From positions 992,001-1,056,000 of the forward strand of contig CP145415.1 in NCBI GenBank assembly GCA_036867785.1: DNA of 64,000 nt, given 5' to 3'. Every line of letters starts with the position of its first letter. The stretch's first letter is position 1. Position numbers and translations under genes: made by a program. The notes beneath the pieces are model-generated. The model was not told the origin of the DNA. It was given only the letters and a program-made list of their open reading frames with translations, and made no database searches. Of the stretch, positions 46,318-59,486 are shown piece after piece. The stretch comes from Plasmodiophora brassicae (lineage: Eukaryota).

Positions 46318-48214
46318 TTAGTGTCTGCGGGCCCGCTTAGAGGATCCCGCTCTACTTTGATCATCGCTGCTGTCGCCGTCGCTCGACACATCAGACGACG
46401 ATGCGTCTGAGCTAGTGTCGGAATCGCTACTGTCCGACGACACATCTGAGGACCCTTCGTCGCCATCAGCGGCTGCGGCAGCGCGAGCAGCTTCGGCCTG
46501 CACCTGCTGGACCTTCAGGAACGCACGGAGCTCGTCCGTCAGGCCACCCAGGCCGATCGACGTGAAGAAGTTGATCGCGAACCTCGTGTTCTTTGGGGAA
46601 TCCTTTGGGAACAGGCCCGAAAAGAATTCAGCGTACGCGGGATCGTTCAGGCGCGCCCGAAGCTTCTTCAGGCCCATGACTTCAGACAGCTCCTGGAAGA
46701 CAATCTTGATGAAGATGCGGCTGGATGAGGTAGTGTCCGTCTCGGTAAGTGAAATGTACTCCAGGACGCTCCAGTCCAGCGCATCGGCTTGCAACAGATG
46801 AGCGAAGAACTTTGCAATGTTACGGAGCTTCGACGTCTCATGCCGATGGACTGTCGCATACTGGCGGGCAAACAGTTCCTCAAACGCCTATGCACATAAT
46901 GAGCACAGAGGAACCGCAGGGCAAGAGCAAACTCAGACGCACCTGTTCAAACTCGCGTTTAAGCCGGCAGAACCGTTCGCCCAGCAGCCCGTAAAAGCGC
47001 ATGTAGGATCGCTCCTGAGCGCAGCACTCGAGAACCATCTCGCAGAGGACCGGCTCCTTGCCATCTCCCATTGGCGTCTTCAACAGTTTGTGGGCACATT
47101 CCTCGAAGTCGAGCGACGACATGATGGTCAGATAGATCGTTCGACGAAGCGTGACATCCTTGGTGCCCGTTTCATCAATAATCTCCATCTCGTTCGCTTC
47201 GGCTGGCGCCTCTTCCTCCTCTTCTTCCTCCTCTGATTCGGGTTCGCCATCCGCGCCCAGTTCTTCGTCTCCAATGATCTCGGCTTTGATGAGGTCGTAT
47301 TGCGCCTCGGTCTGCGTGTACTCGGGATCGAAGTGGAATATGTCCAGGCTGCGTTCTGGATCGTGATCATCGTTCAAGATCAACTCGTGCGAAATCTGGT
47401 CCGCTGACTCCACCAGGTCCAGCTCGGGCGGCACAGCTGGGTGGTCAGCGAATCGCCCCCTCCTAATGACGAACAACCCTTCGATCATGTACTGCACGCG
47501 CTTGTCGATCTCACCCTCGTGCAGAATGCCGCGAAACCGTTCGAAGATGGCATGGATACCACGCGGCGACAGTTCCGTCAGCATGGCGCCACAGTCGGTG
47601 ATGAACCCGACCGCCACTTCAACGCTGTCGTCCGTCGGCTTGTCCAGGAGCAGGGTCAGCAGCTCCAGGGCGACAATCTCATGTGCCACTTGCTGGTTGA
47701 CCAGATGCGCCAGGAATTTCGTGCACGCCAGGCACACGATCTTGTCGTTTCGGCGGTATGCCCGCCGGAATTGCAGGATCATTCTCTTCAACAGCAGTTC
47801 GCCAATCTATTCGAACAAGTTAGCATAAATTCATAAGTGTCTGATGGGTTCGCATACCTCTGGCATTTTCGTGTTGATGACGGCGATTAGAGCCGCGTAG
47901 ACCGGCGTGAAGTTCGGCGACGCCATCTGTGCCTTCACGACGGCACGAACGAGCAGACCCCGTCCCCTGATAATATTCTCGGCGAACAGCTCGGCGACAA
48001 TGTTCGCGATATTGCTCGTGTTGACTTTGTTGACCAGACCGTTGATGCTCTTTCGCAAGGCGTCCCAGGCGGCGCGCTGGTATTCGACGGTGGACGGATC
48101 CGACGGCACGGCCGCCTGTGCCGCTTTGAACGGCGGCACATACACACCACCGGCGCGCCCCGTCGACGCCGCCGAGCGCTTAACACCACGCCCAACGCCA
48201 TCGTCCTGGTCCAT
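46318..48214 (-). CDS. CWC22: Pre-mRNA splicing factor CWC22 (MIF4G + MA3), multi-exon
   Basis: [68 protein letters not shown] and [22 protein letters not shown]. Confidence 0.97.
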
Positions 48215-48410
48215 TGGACGGAATGGGATCGAACGCCAACGGCCAACGCCCGCGATGCTCGCGGACTCCGTAGCAGCTACGGCGATCTACTGCTCCACTG
48301 GTGGCTGGCCGTGACATCATGTGCAGCTCACGACTCGAGGGAAATACTGCTCCCACTGGCCGCCAAGACATAGCTCCCCTTGGCAGTTAACACCGCACGC
48401 CAACGGGGAT

Positions 48411-48524
48411 ATGCAGCTCCGACCGGCGTCCGATTGCAGCTTCCACCGGCGTCCGATTGCAGCTTCCACCGGCGTCCGATTGCAGCTTCCACCGGCGTCC
48501 AATTGCAGCTTCCACCAGCGTCGA
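48411..48524. repeat. 23-bp intergenic minisatellite, about 5 copies
   Basis: Unit TTGCAGCTTCCACCGGCGTCCGA head-to-tail at 48434, 48457, 48480 and 48503, plus a degenerate first copy; no spacers. Confidence 0.92.
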
Positions 48525-48568
48525 CCGCTTTCATCGCAAAGAATAGGCCGACGGGCGTTTTCATTTCG

Positions 48569-49765
48569 TCACGGACCCTTTGTTCCATTCGAAGGCGTCT
48601 GCGGCGGCGGCGGCTGCTGCTGCTGCTGTGCTTGCTCGGGTGCAGGCCGGGTCGCCGATTTCGGCCGCACAGGTGCGAGTTGTTTCAGGAGTTTCGCTCG
48701 CGATGTCGTGTAGGCGGCCAACAGTTCCTGGTGATACCACTGCGCGCGTCTGTACGCCTTGGCGCGTTCGCTCTGCATGCTCTTGGCGTTGTTCCGATTC
48801 TTGCGTTCGATCTCGCGCGCGAACGTGTACAAATCGCGCTGCGTCTGATCCATGTTCTTCATGTCGAAGGCTGCGTAGGAGCCCTTGAAATGCAGGTCAC
48901 ACTTCACCGGTTCTGGTAATAGCCCATGTTCAATGAATGTCTCCATAGACGGTTCTAGGCAACTCCGCTTTGCGACTGGCTTGCTGGCATGCGGGACGTC
49001 TTCGTGTGGATTCGGCGCTGGTGACGCCGCCTGGCCAGCCGCCTTTGGTGCCAACCCGAACAGCTCCAGGAACACGGCTTCAGGCGGTGGGCCATCCAGT
49101 CCTGGCTCCTCTGGTCGAGCAATTATCTTCGAACCTCTGTTGTTGAACTCGTCCAGGCGCTGCTCCAGCGTCATGTCCGCCGTGTCGTTACCGTTCATTG
49201 GTATCAACGCCTGGATGTGCTTCAGGGCCACGGGCACCTTCTGCATCGCTTTCAGCGCCTTCTGCGCTTTGTTTGACATGATCCCGATTGCCAGGCCCGT
49301 CTTCGAATGGCGCTTCCCACTGCCGCTTATACTATTGTGCCTGGACTGGCGGCGACTGCCGCTTGCCTGCGATTCAACGCTGCCTGTCCGAGATTGTCGT
49401 CCCCGTCGTCCTCTCCCAGACGTCTCGACATCGTCGGTCGTCAGCACAGCAGGAGGCGACGACGGTTTTTCAGTCGGGGCAGACTTGGGTTTCGGCGGCA
49501 GGCCCAGCAGGCGCCGTTTCTGGCCTCGATGGAACCTCGCCTTCCGAGGTCGCAGCAGTCGATATGCGGCGTTCTTCGCCTTCCGGTTCATGACAGACAT
49601 CCGCTTAGCGATGTCGTCGAACTCATCGCTGCCTGCTCCTGTCTGTGCTCCACCTGCCGTCGCGCCATCCATCGCCATGTGGCACGTGCCTGTGAGATTC
49701 ATGGCTGTATGTGGCCGAGACGAGCATCCCGCTTCGGATGCGGGCGCTTGCAGGCAGCATTCCAA
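48569..49765 (-). CDS. Hypothetical basic, partly disordered protein
   Basis: A 398-codon ORF fills the space between CWC22 and the MAPK and has a coiled-coil/poly-Q C-terminus; no recognised domain. Start codon uncertain. Confidence 0.6.
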   Translation of the reverse strand: MECCLQAPASEAGCSSRPHTAMNLTGTCHMAMDGATAGGAQTGAGSDEFDDIAKRMSVMNRKAKNAAYRLLRPRKARFHRGQKRRLLGLPPKPKSAPTEKPSSPPAVLTTDDVETSGRGRRGRQSRTGSVESQASGSRRQSRHNSISGSGKRHSKTGLAIGIMSNKAQKALKAMQKVPVALKHIQALIPMNGNDTADMTLEQRLDEFNNRGSKIIARPEEPGLDGPPPEAVFLELFGLAPKAAGQAASPAPNPHEDVPHASKPVAKRSCLEPSMETFIEHGLLPEPVKCDLHFKGSYAAFDMKNMDQTQRDLYTFAREIERKNRNNAKSMQSERAKAYRRAQWYHQELLAAYTTSRAKLLKQLAPVRPKSATRPAPEQAQQQQQPPPPQTPSNGTKGP

Positions 49766-49857
49766 GGCACGATGGGCCTTATGTAACGATGCTGGGAAGA
49801 TATATGACGATCAAGGGCCTGTGCAGGCTGCACAGTCAGCCAGCAACGTTGTCGACG

Positions 49858-51398
49858 ATGGCAACCTCGACGGTCGGGTTGCCACGAGCGCCACCGGATG
49901 CCACGCCACGACACACGTGGACGGTGAACGGCGCCGGGTGCGATTTCACAGTCGACGCGAAGTACACGCCAGGGAAGCTGCTGGGTAAAGGGTCGTACGG
50001 CGTCGTCGCGTCCGCCTACGATGAGGAGAAGAAGCGGAAGGTCGCCATCAAATGCGTGCCGAAGGTGTTCGACGACGAAGTGGACGCGCTGCGGGTGCTA
50101 CGCGAGATCAAATTGCTGAGGCGACTGAACCACCCGAACATCATCAAACTGGAGGACATCGTCCAGCCGATCTCCGAGCACGGGTTCGCCAGCCTGCACA
50201 TCGTGATGGAGTACATGGAGTCCGACCTGCACAAGATCATCCACAGCAAGCCGAAGCAGTTGACGATCGACCACGTTCGGTTCATCCTCGCGCAGCTCCT
50301 CAGCGGCATCAGCCACCTGAAGAAAGCGCACGTCGTCCATCGTGATTTGGTACAGCCGCGCTTGCACGTGCCGCCCAGGCTTGACCCGTGCCTAACGAGC
50401 GTGAACGTCGTAGAAACCGTCCAACATCCTGGTGAACTCGGCGTGCGAGATCCGAGTCTGCGACCTGGGCCTGGCCCGGGGCCTGCACGACGAAAGGGAC
50501 CACGTCGACCTGTTGACGGAATACGTGGTGACCCGGTGGTACCGCGCGCCCGAGGTCCTCTGCTCCTTGCCCTATAGCTACCCGGTCGACATGTTCGGAC
50601 TGGATCTGTTCGTTCCTCGTTGGCCATCACTGTTGACCGCATCGGATGGCCAGGTGGGCGGTCGGCTGCATATTCGCCGAGATGGTACGCGGCGAGCCGC
50701 TGTTCGCCGGGGAGAACGCCGTCGACATGCTGAAACGCATCGTCTCGGTAGGGCAATCTCCTATGGTGCCGGATTCCGATTCTGAAACGGCAGGGCGCCG
50801 TCACTTGTACACAGGTCGTCGGGACGAGGGAGATGACGAAACTGAGGTTGCGGGTGTCGCACCCGCAGGCGCGGAAGTTCATGGACGCGTTGCCGTTTGC
50901 CGACGGCACGCCGATGCATCGCCTGTTCCCAGGCCTGGATCGAAACGGCCTGAATCTGATCGGTCAGCGCCCCTTGTTTCGCGGTTCACCATGTCTCCAG
51001 TCGATTCACCCATGGTCAGAGTCGATGCTCAAGGTGATTCCCGACGAGCGCATCTCGGTTGACGACGCTCTTCGTCATCCGTTCCTGGGCGAGTTCGCCT
51101 CCGTAATGCGCGTCCTGTCGTACGACGTCGTCCTGCGGCTGATACCAGCGCGTGCATGCAGGCGCACGTGGAGACGGAGGTCGCACCGTTCGACTTCGCC
51201 TGGGAGCAGCAGGCCATCGGCGCCCATGGCGTTCGTCGGCTGATGTTCCACGAGATCTGCGACATGCACTGGCCGTTGTCTCGAACGAGCTCGGACAGGA
51301 CCCTCATCGACGGGGACCGTGCTGGCAACTCGACGGTGATGCCCGCCACACCTCCAGGGCTGTTGACAGCCGGCAGCACCATTGGCCACCGCGTCTGA
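49858..51398 (+). CDS. Mitogen-activated protein kinase (TEY activation motif), multi-exon
   Basis: LGKGSYGVV, VAIK, LREIKLLRRLNHPNII, MESDLHKII, HRDL|KPSNILVN, CDLGLAR and LTEYVVTRWYRAPEV. Confidence 0.95.
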
Positions 51399-51631
51399 TC
51401 CCGCCCGAGCTTCTCCACGGGTTGTACCGGTTAATATAGGGAACGTCTTGAGGAACACCTTCCCTGGCAGTGCCGAGGTGTCACATCGGTGTAGGGGGTG
51501 AACGTCGTCAACCTGTGCGAATGGTGGGTCAGCAAGGCCTTCATTGCGCGCCCTTTGGCGCTGTGTGGCGAGGAGGCAGCAATTTGGCCGAACCCATGCG
51601 GCCGAAGGGGGTCACCAGCGTCATTCTGACA

Positions 51632-52708
51632 ATGTCGCGTTCGGCTGTGTTCCTTCTGCTTGTGACGGCGACGACCTCGACCTTCCTGGTGGTCGGGTTG
51701 TGCTGGAACCCGCCACGAGCTGACGCGCGATGCGGCCCCCAGTACGGCAGCGCAGGCTGTGGACCAGGACAGTGTTGCTCGCAGTGGGGATGGTATTCAG
51801 CGGCAATCCCTGGCCGACGTGTTTATCGCCCGCTGATTGTCGCCCGTTGTCAGGTGCGGCGCCAGCGGCGCCCATTGCAACAGCGATTCGATCTGCAGCA
51901 CGCCCGGGTTCAACTGGTGCGGGCCCGTCACGTCGATCGCGCTGACGTTCGACGATTCGGCGTTCGCGGAGCCCCAGATCACAAACCTGCTCGACGATCT
52001 CGACCGCCTCGGCATGAAAGCGTCGTTCTTCGTATGCCCAAACTGTTACCCCCGGCAGGTCGCCCAGTACTGCTCCGTCCTGCAGCGTCTGGTCGATGCT
52101 GGGCACGCCATCGAAGACCGTCCGTCGTTCCATGTCATTCGCCATGGCTGGAACTGACCACACATGGTGCAGACACGCTGAACCACCCTAACCTCGCCGG
52201 GACGGGGGCGACAGACGCGACGGTGGCGGCCGAGGTCCAGGGCGTGCCACAGTGGTTGCAGGCGAACTGTCCGGGCGTACCCGTCCCGACGTTGACCATG
52301 TTCCGACCGCCGGAGGGGTCGCTGACCAGCACCCAAGCGAAGTTCATCAACACGCTCGGCTACATTGTCGCAACGTTGGCGGATCGATGGGGTGGGGCGC
52401 CGCTTTGCTAACCGTGTTTGACTGGCAGGTGGACGATCGATTCGCAGGACTGGGCGGGGATCGATCTGTCGCAGATGGAGAACGTTGTCGCCAGTGGATA
52501 CCAAAGTCTGCCGTTTGGGAGTTCCGCCATCATTGTGCATCACGACTGGTATTACACGACGCCCGGGTCGCGAGGCATCCTCGATTTCTACGCGTCGTAC
52601 TTTGCCGGGTACCAGTTCGTCACCATCGGACAGTGCCTCGCGCAATGCCAGACCCTCGGATCCTGCAAGGCCCCGACGACCGCCTTGCCTGGCATTTACG
52701 ATTCGTGA
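51632..52708 (+). CDS. Secreted CBM18 (hevein-like chitin-binding) + CE4 polysaccharide/chitin deacetylase, multi-exon
   Basis: Signal peptide; RCGPQYGSAGCGPGQCCSQWGW|CGASGAHC; IALTFDD; GHAIED|HTLNHPNL; MFRPPEG; WTIDSQDW; IIVHHD; FVTIGQCL. Confidence 0.9.
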
Positions 52709-53059
52709 ATCGCATTGCGAATCCAGGAACAGATACACGAAACGCCCGCCATTGTCAGACAGAGGACGCCCTAAATCTGCTAATCAGCTTGCTGACGCGT
52801 CGCAATGGTCTACAGAACCAGGCGCCCGCTAGCGCCGATCGTGCCCCAGATGAAGGTCAGGCCGGCAGCAAGCCACCCCACCCCCGCCTTGGAGTGGGCC
52901 CGTCGAACAATCCCGAGCGACGTGCAGGCATAGCAACGCGTTAGACCAGGGCAAGTACAGCAATGGTACCGATAGCGTTGCCATGAAGCAGGGGCTGTTA
53001 AGACGCGAATCCGGACAACCGGGGCACCAGCTGGATCGGAGGCGCCCCCTCCCCACCAC

Positions 53060-53683
53060 CTCATGTTTGACGGTGACGTTCTTCCTGTGCCCAGGCTGCC
53101 ACCGGCACGACGTTGATCAGTACTGTTCGATTGTGCAGCGCATCCTTGCCACCCAGATCTCGTCCTGACGGGAGCGTCTGACGCCGCTGTGGCGGCTGAG
53201 GTCCAGGGCGTGCCTGAATGGCTGCAAGCGAATTGCCCGAGCATGCTCTTCCCGACCATGACGATTATCCGGCCGCCATGCGGGTCGCTGACGAACGCCC
53301 AGGCCAGGTACATTCACGACACGCTCGGGTACACCTTCGCAACGTGGGTTCACAGCCTGTGCTGTGTCGAGTGTGGATCTCTTACCGTACGCGGGGTCGG
53401 CAGGTGGGCCATCGATTCGCTGGACTGGACGGGTATCGACCTGCCGCAAAAGGTCAACGTGGTGATGAACGCTTACAACGACCTGCCATCGGGCAGTTCG
53501 GCCATCATTCTGCACCACGACGGGTACTACACGATGCCGGGCGCCCAGGGCATTCTGGACTTCTGCGCGGCCCGCTTCGCTGGGTACGACTTTGTCACTA
53601 TCGAGGAGTGTCTGGCGCAATGCCATGCGCTCGGCGCCTGCAAAGCATCCGGGAGCGCCTTGCCATGCGTGTTCGATTCGTGA
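53060..53683 (+). pseudogene. Truncated, frameshifted tandem copy of the CE4 deacetylase
   Basis: Clear paralogy from TFFLCPGC...QYCSIVQRIL to CKASGSALPCVFDS*. It lacks the signal peptide, CBM18 and TFDD, and a deletion/frameshift removes GHAIEDHTLN. Confidence 0.75.
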
Positions 53684-53817
53684 CCCGGAGCATCGTCTAC
53701 CTGTGGAAGACCCCTACCTTCGCGCTACCAACCACCTTCCATTATTGTCTGATAAAGGGGCACCGCTGCTGTCACAATGGATGTGTATGGGAGAGCCGGC
53801 CCCATAAAACAGTACTA

Positions 53818-55136
53818 CTACTCGAGATGGGCATTGTCCTTCACGGGACCGTGATCATGGAATGTGGTCAGGAGCTTGAATTCGCCGCGGATCAGGGAAC
53901 AGATCAGCACCGAGATCAGGCATCCTGGGACGAGGTACAGCAGTGCCGGCTGGGCGTGCTCGAACGCGTACATGATGTACAGGGTCACGGCGATACCGAC
54001 AAAGTAGCCGATGCAGGCCGACGTGAAGTACGGTTTCGAGAAATGAGACTCGGATCGTGACTTGCAGTGGATTTCGTGGTCAAGTCGCAGCATGAGGCTG
54101 ATGAAAAGGCCCGGGATGACAATGTCGCCCAGGCCGAGCATCGAAGGCCTCAGGTCGGCACCCCGGGGGAACAGCAGCTTAATCGGAGCGTCAAACTTGG
54201 TCGCCACGGTGACCTATCACATGCGAACGTCAACTGTCAGGCGTCGTTCGCCCGTTCCAAACCGGTCCTACCATGACATCAGTGCCAAAGACGAAGAAAA
54301 TGTCATAGAAGAAAAGACCAAGGAGCAGCGCGGCACCAGTCCAGAATGAGTCGAGATTGATCATGGAAATGGCTTGGATACTGAACGCGTAACCGAAGAC
54401 GTTGTTGGACAGCGCATGCTTCGTCATCAGGTAGACACCGGCAGCAACGGCGCTGACTGCCAGACATGGAAGATCGATCGTGCTAATTTGAACCAGATCG
54501 TCATCCTTCTTGTCTTTATCGCAAATCCATCTGGCGATGACAGAAGGGATCCGGAACGACAATACAGGTGCATTTAACGCCTGGTATGATTCGAGCGGCA
54601 ACAACGTCGACACAAACCTATCGAGACCATAAATATACCACGATCGCTTACGAGTCCAGAATTTTTGACTGGAGCACGCTTACGCTTTCAGGGACGATGA
54701 TAGCGATAGAAGCCCGACAGCAAAGAAATACAGCGAGACAATGAGGTTCAGATAGTATGGTGGAAGAAACTTGTACGCGAGATACAGGGTGATCAGCGCG
54801 CACGAGCCAAACACAGGGAACATGTACGCGTCTTTCGCTTCGATCCGCTCAGACTCGCTCTCGCCAGGCCGGTGCGTATTCCGAAGTCCAATATGGCATC
54901 CAATGTACCTGCACACGCAGGGCCCGTCAACGAAAGCAAGGCGCGGATCCGGGCGTCGCGTACAGCAGCATGATCGATGTCGGGATCAGCTGGACGAACA
55001 CAGGCACAGGGACAACGTACGGCGCCAGAGCCAGGGCGGCCACGACCGCATACGCAATCGACACACCCGACATCGTCTCCGACGACTCGACCTTGCGAGC
55101 CGACTGCGCCCGCACCAGCGACCTCGTCTCCACCAT
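53818..55136 (-). CDS. Signal peptide peptidase (presenilin-type A22B aspartyl protease), multi-exon
   Basis: DAYMFPVFGSCAL, LLLGLFFYDIFFVFGTDVMV, VATKFDAPIKLLFP, MLGLGDIVIPG and HAQPALLYLVP. Confidence 0.95.
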
Positions 55137-55673
55137 CGCTAAATTCAGTCCCGTCAAAGTTGCGACCTCCGGCTGATGCGGCACACGCCGTTCCCGACCA
55201 CGTGACGTGGCAGACGAGTCTCCGGTGGCCCGGACCCAAAAACAACAACCGCCCAACAGCAAAATAGCAAGAAACGCTGCGCCCCTGCAGCAAGCTCCGG
55301 GAATAATTCGTCTGCAGCAGGCTGGGGCATCCGCTTATCGGCCGTTCGTCTGGGCATCGTACTTAACTTGTAGTACTCTGATGGCCCCATTGAATGACCG
55401 GCAGCCTCTCGCTGGCGTTTCCAGTTTACGTTGGGGTGACGAATGCAAAACAGGTGTCGGCCTCTGGGTCCCGATAAAATACGTCGTTCTACATAGCGTC
55501 CCGATCATTAAACCATGATCTTGACGTATTCAGGGGCGCGTCCTCCGAATCGATGCGCCCACACCATTTCGGTTCAGGTGCGGATCGTTACCTTGCCAAA
55601 CGGGATTGTGTGGAGGGTGACAATACAACGATCGGAATCTGGGTACCCGTTGCATATAGGGGCGCTGGTGGTG

Positions 55674-57103
55674 ATGGTCGTCCCGGGGCAGGTTGAGCTG
55701 AGCCAGGTCGTGGAGCACGATGGAACAATGCGGGCGTCGACGTCGGACGAGCAGGCCGTGTTGGACATGATCCGGTCGGACGTCCCACCAGATGCCCATG
55801 TCCTGCACGGGCCGATGTTCACGACCCAGTTCCAGATCGGGACCGATCTGTACGTGCCGGTGACGTGGGCCGCGGCGAACAACGCGAATCGCGTCCTGCA
55901 ATCCATGGCGCTGGCTCGCGCCGATCTCACCATCTGTAACGCGCGCGGGATGAACGCACTGCACGAAGCCGCGCGCCACGCCTGCCTGCCGATGTGCAAG
56001 GTCCTTATTGCACTCGGCGAGTACGACATCAACGCTGCCGCCGCCAACGGCAAGACGGCCCTGCACTTCGCGGCCGCCTCCGGCAACCGTGACCTGTGCC
56101 GCCTGCTGGTCGACAAAGGGGCGCGAACCTCGTGCGTAACGTCGTTAGGGCGCACGGCGGCGCACGAAGCAGCGAGGATGAACCGTCTGCCCGCCCTTCA
56201 GTACCTTGTCGAGCGCGGCCAGATCGACCCGGAGCAACCGGATACGTACCGAATGTGGACGGCATTGCACCTGGCCAGCAGTCAGGGCCACACACAGATC
56301 TGTCGGTACCTCGTGCATCGGTGCCGTGTGCGTATCGACGCACCCGACAAGGTCGGTTCCCGTTTGTTCAGACGTGCGGTGCGCTGACCGTCGACGTTCA
56401 GTTCAACCAGACAGCGCACGATGTGGCCTACCAGGGGAAGCACTTCCAGACGGCGACGTTCCTGGCGTCTGTTGGCACGGTGTCCTCTGATGACGACGAT
56501 GACGAAGGGGACGACGACGATGACGACAATGGAGATGATGGTGTGCCGCATGAAGGGTCCGGGAAGTCGACCGATGCGCAGCCGAACGCTCCTGTTCCAC
56601 AGACGAAGACGATCCGCGAGATACCACCGCTGCCTTCTATGCAGTCGGCGCCCGGCACGCCACGCCTGGACAACTGGGTCACTCCAGTGTCTCGTGCACC
56701 AGGCCTGCCCTCGCTGGACAGAGGCGCGCAAGCGGCTCCTGCCTCGGTACCCGGCGGTGTGTTCTCTGCCGTCTCCTGCGAGTTGCAGGCGATACGCCAG
56801 TTGCACATGCAGCAAATTCGGCGGCTGGAGAAGGTCATCGGGCGTCGTGACGCGGAACTCCAGGAGCGAGACAGCCAGATCCACTCCCTGCTGAGTGCTG
56901 TCGAACGACAGAAGAGCGAGATTGATAACCTGCGCGTGCAGGTTCGCGTCCAGATGCAGATCGCCAAGCAGGCGCAGCAGGGCGAGCGGCCGCCGCCACC
57001 GCAGATCATCAACGACGCCCGACCGACTCCCAAATCTCGAGTCGCATTCACTGACTCGAGTCGCCCTGCGAGCCGATATAGTACATTCGGACATTCCAGC
57101 TAG
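55674..57103 (+). CDS. Ankyrin-repeat protein with acidic linker and C-terminal coiled coil
   Basis: GMNALHEAA, GKTALHFAA, GRTAAHEAA and WTALHLAS; intron at about 56352-56401; D-rich tract; coiled coil QQIRRLEKVI...IDNLRVQV. Confidence 0.85.
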
Positions 57104-59125
57104 TTTACAACGCTACGCGAAAGGTTATGGTACTTGGGATCAGATACAGCTCGGCTGTCATGCCATTCGTTCATCTGCATCAAGCGGATCTGTCGTTCGA
57201 CGCGTTCGCGACCGAGGCGCTGGACGACGTCGTGCACGTACCGCTGTTCATGCGCCATCTTCGCCTCGCGCTCGCATTGCGATCTGCTAAAAGTCAGGGA
57301 CATCGTAAAGCCCAAGCAACATTGGCAAACCGTTCGGCTTTGTCGACGAGCTCCTTCGCTTGGACGTACAGGCTAACTGCCGAACACGACGTCGTCAACT
57401 GCCGATGGCACCCAGGCGTACAGTCCTGAACCGAGCAGCGGCTCTTGTCCGGGTGCCACTCCCGCCTTGCGTTAACAACAACCTCGGCTCTGCGCTGGAC
57501 GTCAGCGCGATCAGCATCTATAGACTGTCGAATGTCCTGGCGGCGCGTGTCCCGTATCCATTCCCGCCGGCTGCGTTCCCTGGTCCAGTGCGCTGCGAAC
57601 TCAGTGGCGGCCAGCCGCGCTAGCGACACACCCAAACGGGGCCCGTTATGCTTCCGGTCCTCAGCTATTCTATATCGACATCACCAATGAGATCAAACAG
57701 CAGAGTAGACGTGCAACAGCAGCCCGACCTTTCACTCGTGCGGACTGTTTCAGCGACCCTCTGGCGTGTTGCTCTGTCCTCTGCAATGCCGACGCGCTCG
57801 TTGACATGCGCGTCTTGATGCCATTGACGGATCTGCATCGCGCCTTCTGCTCTGCTGGCGTTCAGTCGTCGTTCCCGATCCGTGCGCGCACGGGCGGCAA
57901 CCGCCTTGGACAGTTCCGCCCGTTTCCGCTTCAGCCGCTGCTCGTGGAGGTCGGACTGACACCTTCGCATCAGCCGTGTCGTCGACGCCGACTTGTCCAT
58001 CAGTGCCTGGCGCTGTTTACGTTCCAGTTCGTCACCAGCGCGAGCTTGCCGCGCTTTGCGATCCATGGCTTCAGCGTCGTGCTTCTGCCGTGCGTCGTCA
58101 AGGCGACGCGCTTCAGCAGCGGCGTGTTCCGCCGACCGCCACTGGACCAGGTCGTTCGCGTCGCGAAGTTCCACCTCGTATGCTCGCATGACATGCGCCT
58201 GATGTCGCATTGCCTCCCGATGCACGGAATAGGCTCGCAGCACACTGGTCCTTGTCCCCGAGATTGGGTTCGGGACGGATTGCGACCTTCGGAGAAGACG
58301 ACGGTGGGGCTTTGCTAGGTGTTCGTCGACGCTTGGGAGCGATGGTGCCGAGCCTGATGCTTCCTCACAGTGACTGATGACACTGGCCTTGTGTCGCTGG
58401 CGACGTTGCCGCGAGGGAACGGATGTAGGAGGATGTGTTGGGTGGCGACGACGCGGTGCAGGGTGGTTAACATGCGGACGACACATGATAATGTGAATGT
58501 CATCGCGGCAGACGAAAGGTGGTGGTACGTTGTCGAACGAACGTACGAAGGGATCGACGCGGGGCTCAGGGTGGCTCCCAGATCGACCCTCGTCAAGGTC
58601 TCCCTGTAGCATTGAGCGGCACGTCTCCATGGCGTGAACCACGCGGTCGACAAAGGGACTGTCGTAGACCCTGCAGAGAACGTCTCTGCTGTGGCCACCC
58701 TCATTCAGGACGAAGGCGATGATAGAGTCCAGGAATGTGGGCATCACAGGTCGCAGGGCGGAACGAAACCCGCGAACTACGTCAGCGACACTGTGGGTAG
58801 AAGCGCCTTCAATTAAGGCCCCGACTGTGATGACGCATAGGAGGGCAATTTGGGACACGGTCGCACCAGGCTCGTGAACCATTTGGTAGCGTTTGACGGT
58901 TGCCGCGATTAAGGCGCGGTGCCGTTCGTACGTTGTCAAGATCCGTGCGAGAGCGATGCGACGATGAGGGCGGGCTTCACATCGTTTGACCCATTCGGCG
59001 ACAATCGTACCAGACGCGCGCCCTGGCAATGCGAGCTCCTGCTCGAATCTGCCAATGCTGTCAATCAGCGATTGGGCAAAGGCGGTGCCAATGGCCATCT
59101 TGGTCGTTGGCCCGCATGGTGCCAT
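57100..59125 (-). CDS. Coiled-coil protein resembling cilia/flagella-associated protein CFAP99, multi-exon
   Basis: TRTSVLRAYSVHR...MRAYEVELRDANDLVQWR resembles the recalled CFAP99 conserved block; long charged helical C-terminus. Confidence 0.5.
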
Positions 59126-59486
59126 TCGAATCGGCACACGTGTCACGACGCCATAGCCGTGCAACGAAGATGCACCCAGCGTACCTGTCTCGTTAATGGG
59201 GTCGCTCGCCCAAGTACACCCGATCCGCCCGATGCCCGGTCTAAAAATAAATACTAGCTGCTGCGACCACCCCGGTGGAATGAAAGACGGGCCAAGCAAA
59301 AATGCGCGAGTCCACGCTGAACCGGTGACGTGTTTGACACTCGACGGGGGCATGGGCGACGTGACCTGACCCGCGTTGCCGTGTGGGCGCGGTGCGCCAC
59401 GGGGGCGCGCGTGGCGGAGGCGCTCCTCCGCGCCACGTTACTAGACGCGATTTGTGGAGCATCCGGTAGGCGAGCACCAGATCACG

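Noticed and set aside
48411-48524. Possible CRISPR array
   Set aside because: The units are contiguous with no unique spacers, no cas genes are present, and the context is eukaryotic.
48885-49988. 367-aa plus-strand ORF
   Set aside because: Antisense shadow of the 48569-49765 ORF, overlapping the MAPK start in another frame.
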